Source of the DNA: Candidatus Micrarchaeota archaeon
Lineage (GTDB): Archaea; Micrarchaeota; Micrarchaeia; Micrarchaeales; CABMGC01
Assembly: GCA_021809925.1 (NCBI GenBank)
Contig: JAJZJV010000002.1
Coordinates: forward strand, 7,666-71,665
Length of the DNA stretch: 64,000 bases
Direction of reading: 5' to 3'
Shown: positions 63,428 through 64,000 of the stretch, piece by piece
How positions within the stretch are numbered: position 1 is the first letter of the stretch
Layout: every line of letters begins with the position of its first letter
Position numbers and translations under genes: made by a program
Notes under the pieces: model-generated
What the model was told of the DNA's origin: nothing
What the model saw: the letters and a program-made list of their open reading frames with translations, nothing else
The model's database searches: none

Positions 63428-64000
63428 GCTTGCGCATCGACTCTTTTTTTATCGAATTTTCGAGGATATTGAGACCTTCGTTAAGTGCGCCATCTGACAC
63501 TGTCAGCGGAGGTATTATCCTTATGGATGACAGTCCTGCAGGAAGTAGAACCAACCCACTATAGAATGCGTCTTCTAGTATGCGCGATCTCTCCTCTCCT
63601 GCTGGCTCTTTTCCTTTCTTGCTTTTTACAAGTTCTATCGCTATCATTAATCCGATTCCGCGTACATCCCCTATTATCTCATATCTATCCTGCATCTCAA
63701 GAAGCCTTGATATCATATGCTTTCCCTTTCTTTCCACATTCAGCTCAAGACTTCTCTTGTTTTTAGAGATATAATCGATAGATGCATCGGCTGCGGCTAT
63801 GGCCAAGAGGTTTCCCCCAAAAGTATTGGCATGCTCGCCTTTCTCGACATTTCCTAGAGAGAGTTTTGAGATTGTTGCCCCTATTGGAACTCCGCCCCCC
63901 AATGACTTTGCCATAGTGTATATGTCTGCGCTCACCCTGAAGTGATCTAGCGCAAGGAACTTTCCTGTCCGCATATAGCCGGTCTGGATCTCATCTGCGA
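63420..64000 (-). CDS. Class III PLP-dependent aminotransferase (acetylornithine/ornithine/GABA type), 3' part only
   Basis: The frame stays open to the window edge (ADEIQTGYMRTGKFLALDHF...). The PLP-lysine motif is DIYTMAKSLGGGVPIGA. Its 3' end overlaps the pyrI 3' end by 8 nt. Confidence 0.85.
   Translation of the reverse strand, partial: ADEIQTGYMRTGKFLALDHFRVSADIYTMAKSLGGGVPIGATISKLSLGNVEKGEHANTFGGNLLAIAAADASIDYISKNKRSLELNVERKGKHMISRLLEMQDRYEIIGDVRGIGLMIAIELVKSKKGKEPAGEERSRILEDAFYSGLVLLPAGLSSIRIIPPLTVSDGALNEGLNILENSIKKESMRKLR

Noticed and set aside
1-64000. Search for CRISPR arrays, transposases, IS elements and long direct or inverted DNA repeats
   Set aside because: Reading by eye found no regularly spaced repeats and no transposase- or integrase-like ORFs. 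The only DNA-level repeat noticed is the ferredoxin gene duplication (10940-11947).

Overview
Compact, low-GC archaeal chromosome segment. The archaeal assignment rests on the PolD DP1/DP2 pair, split RpoA'/A'' and RpoB''/B', RpoH, RpoF, an Sm protein, L1-P0-P1 and L21e, GGTG/GGAGG Shine-Dalgarno motifs, and TATA boxes about 26 nt upstream of the RNA genes. Genes are tightly packed, with many 1-37 nt overlaps. I saw no transposase, integrase or CRISPR array. About three quarters of the window is housekeeping: replication, transcription, translation, pyrBI, lipA, folC, ribL, idsA, topA, tldD/pmbA, an M1 aminopeptidase, bcp and transporters. RNA genes are an orphan 5S rRNA (43844-43958, minus) and a tRNA-Ala(GGC) with a 34-nt insertion in the T-loop (53496-53601, minus). 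The standout is an 18-kb minus-strand gene train (22289-40600). It holds a VirB2/TrbC-like two-helix pilin candidate with its own promoter region and oligo-T terminator. It also holds six tandem paralogous polytopic membrane proteins with VirB6-like topology, two paralogous proteins with 2 TM segments plus a soluble domain, and a short VirB4/TrbE/CedB-like P-loop ATPase. Alongside are small accessory proteins, a glycosylation module (GT2 plus two GT-C-like giants) and a MoxR ATPase. No relaxase, coupling protein or integrase is present. I read it as a chromosomal conjugation-like (Ced/Ted-type) envelope machine with an unusual architecture. That functional reading is inference and needs profile and structure searches. 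Secondary oddities are a catalytically degenerate FlaI/VirB11-type ATPase, an orphan type IV pilin-like adhesin, tandem ferredoxin-like paralogs, a possible Cas1 N-terminal relic and a possibly decayed gene upstream of pyrB.
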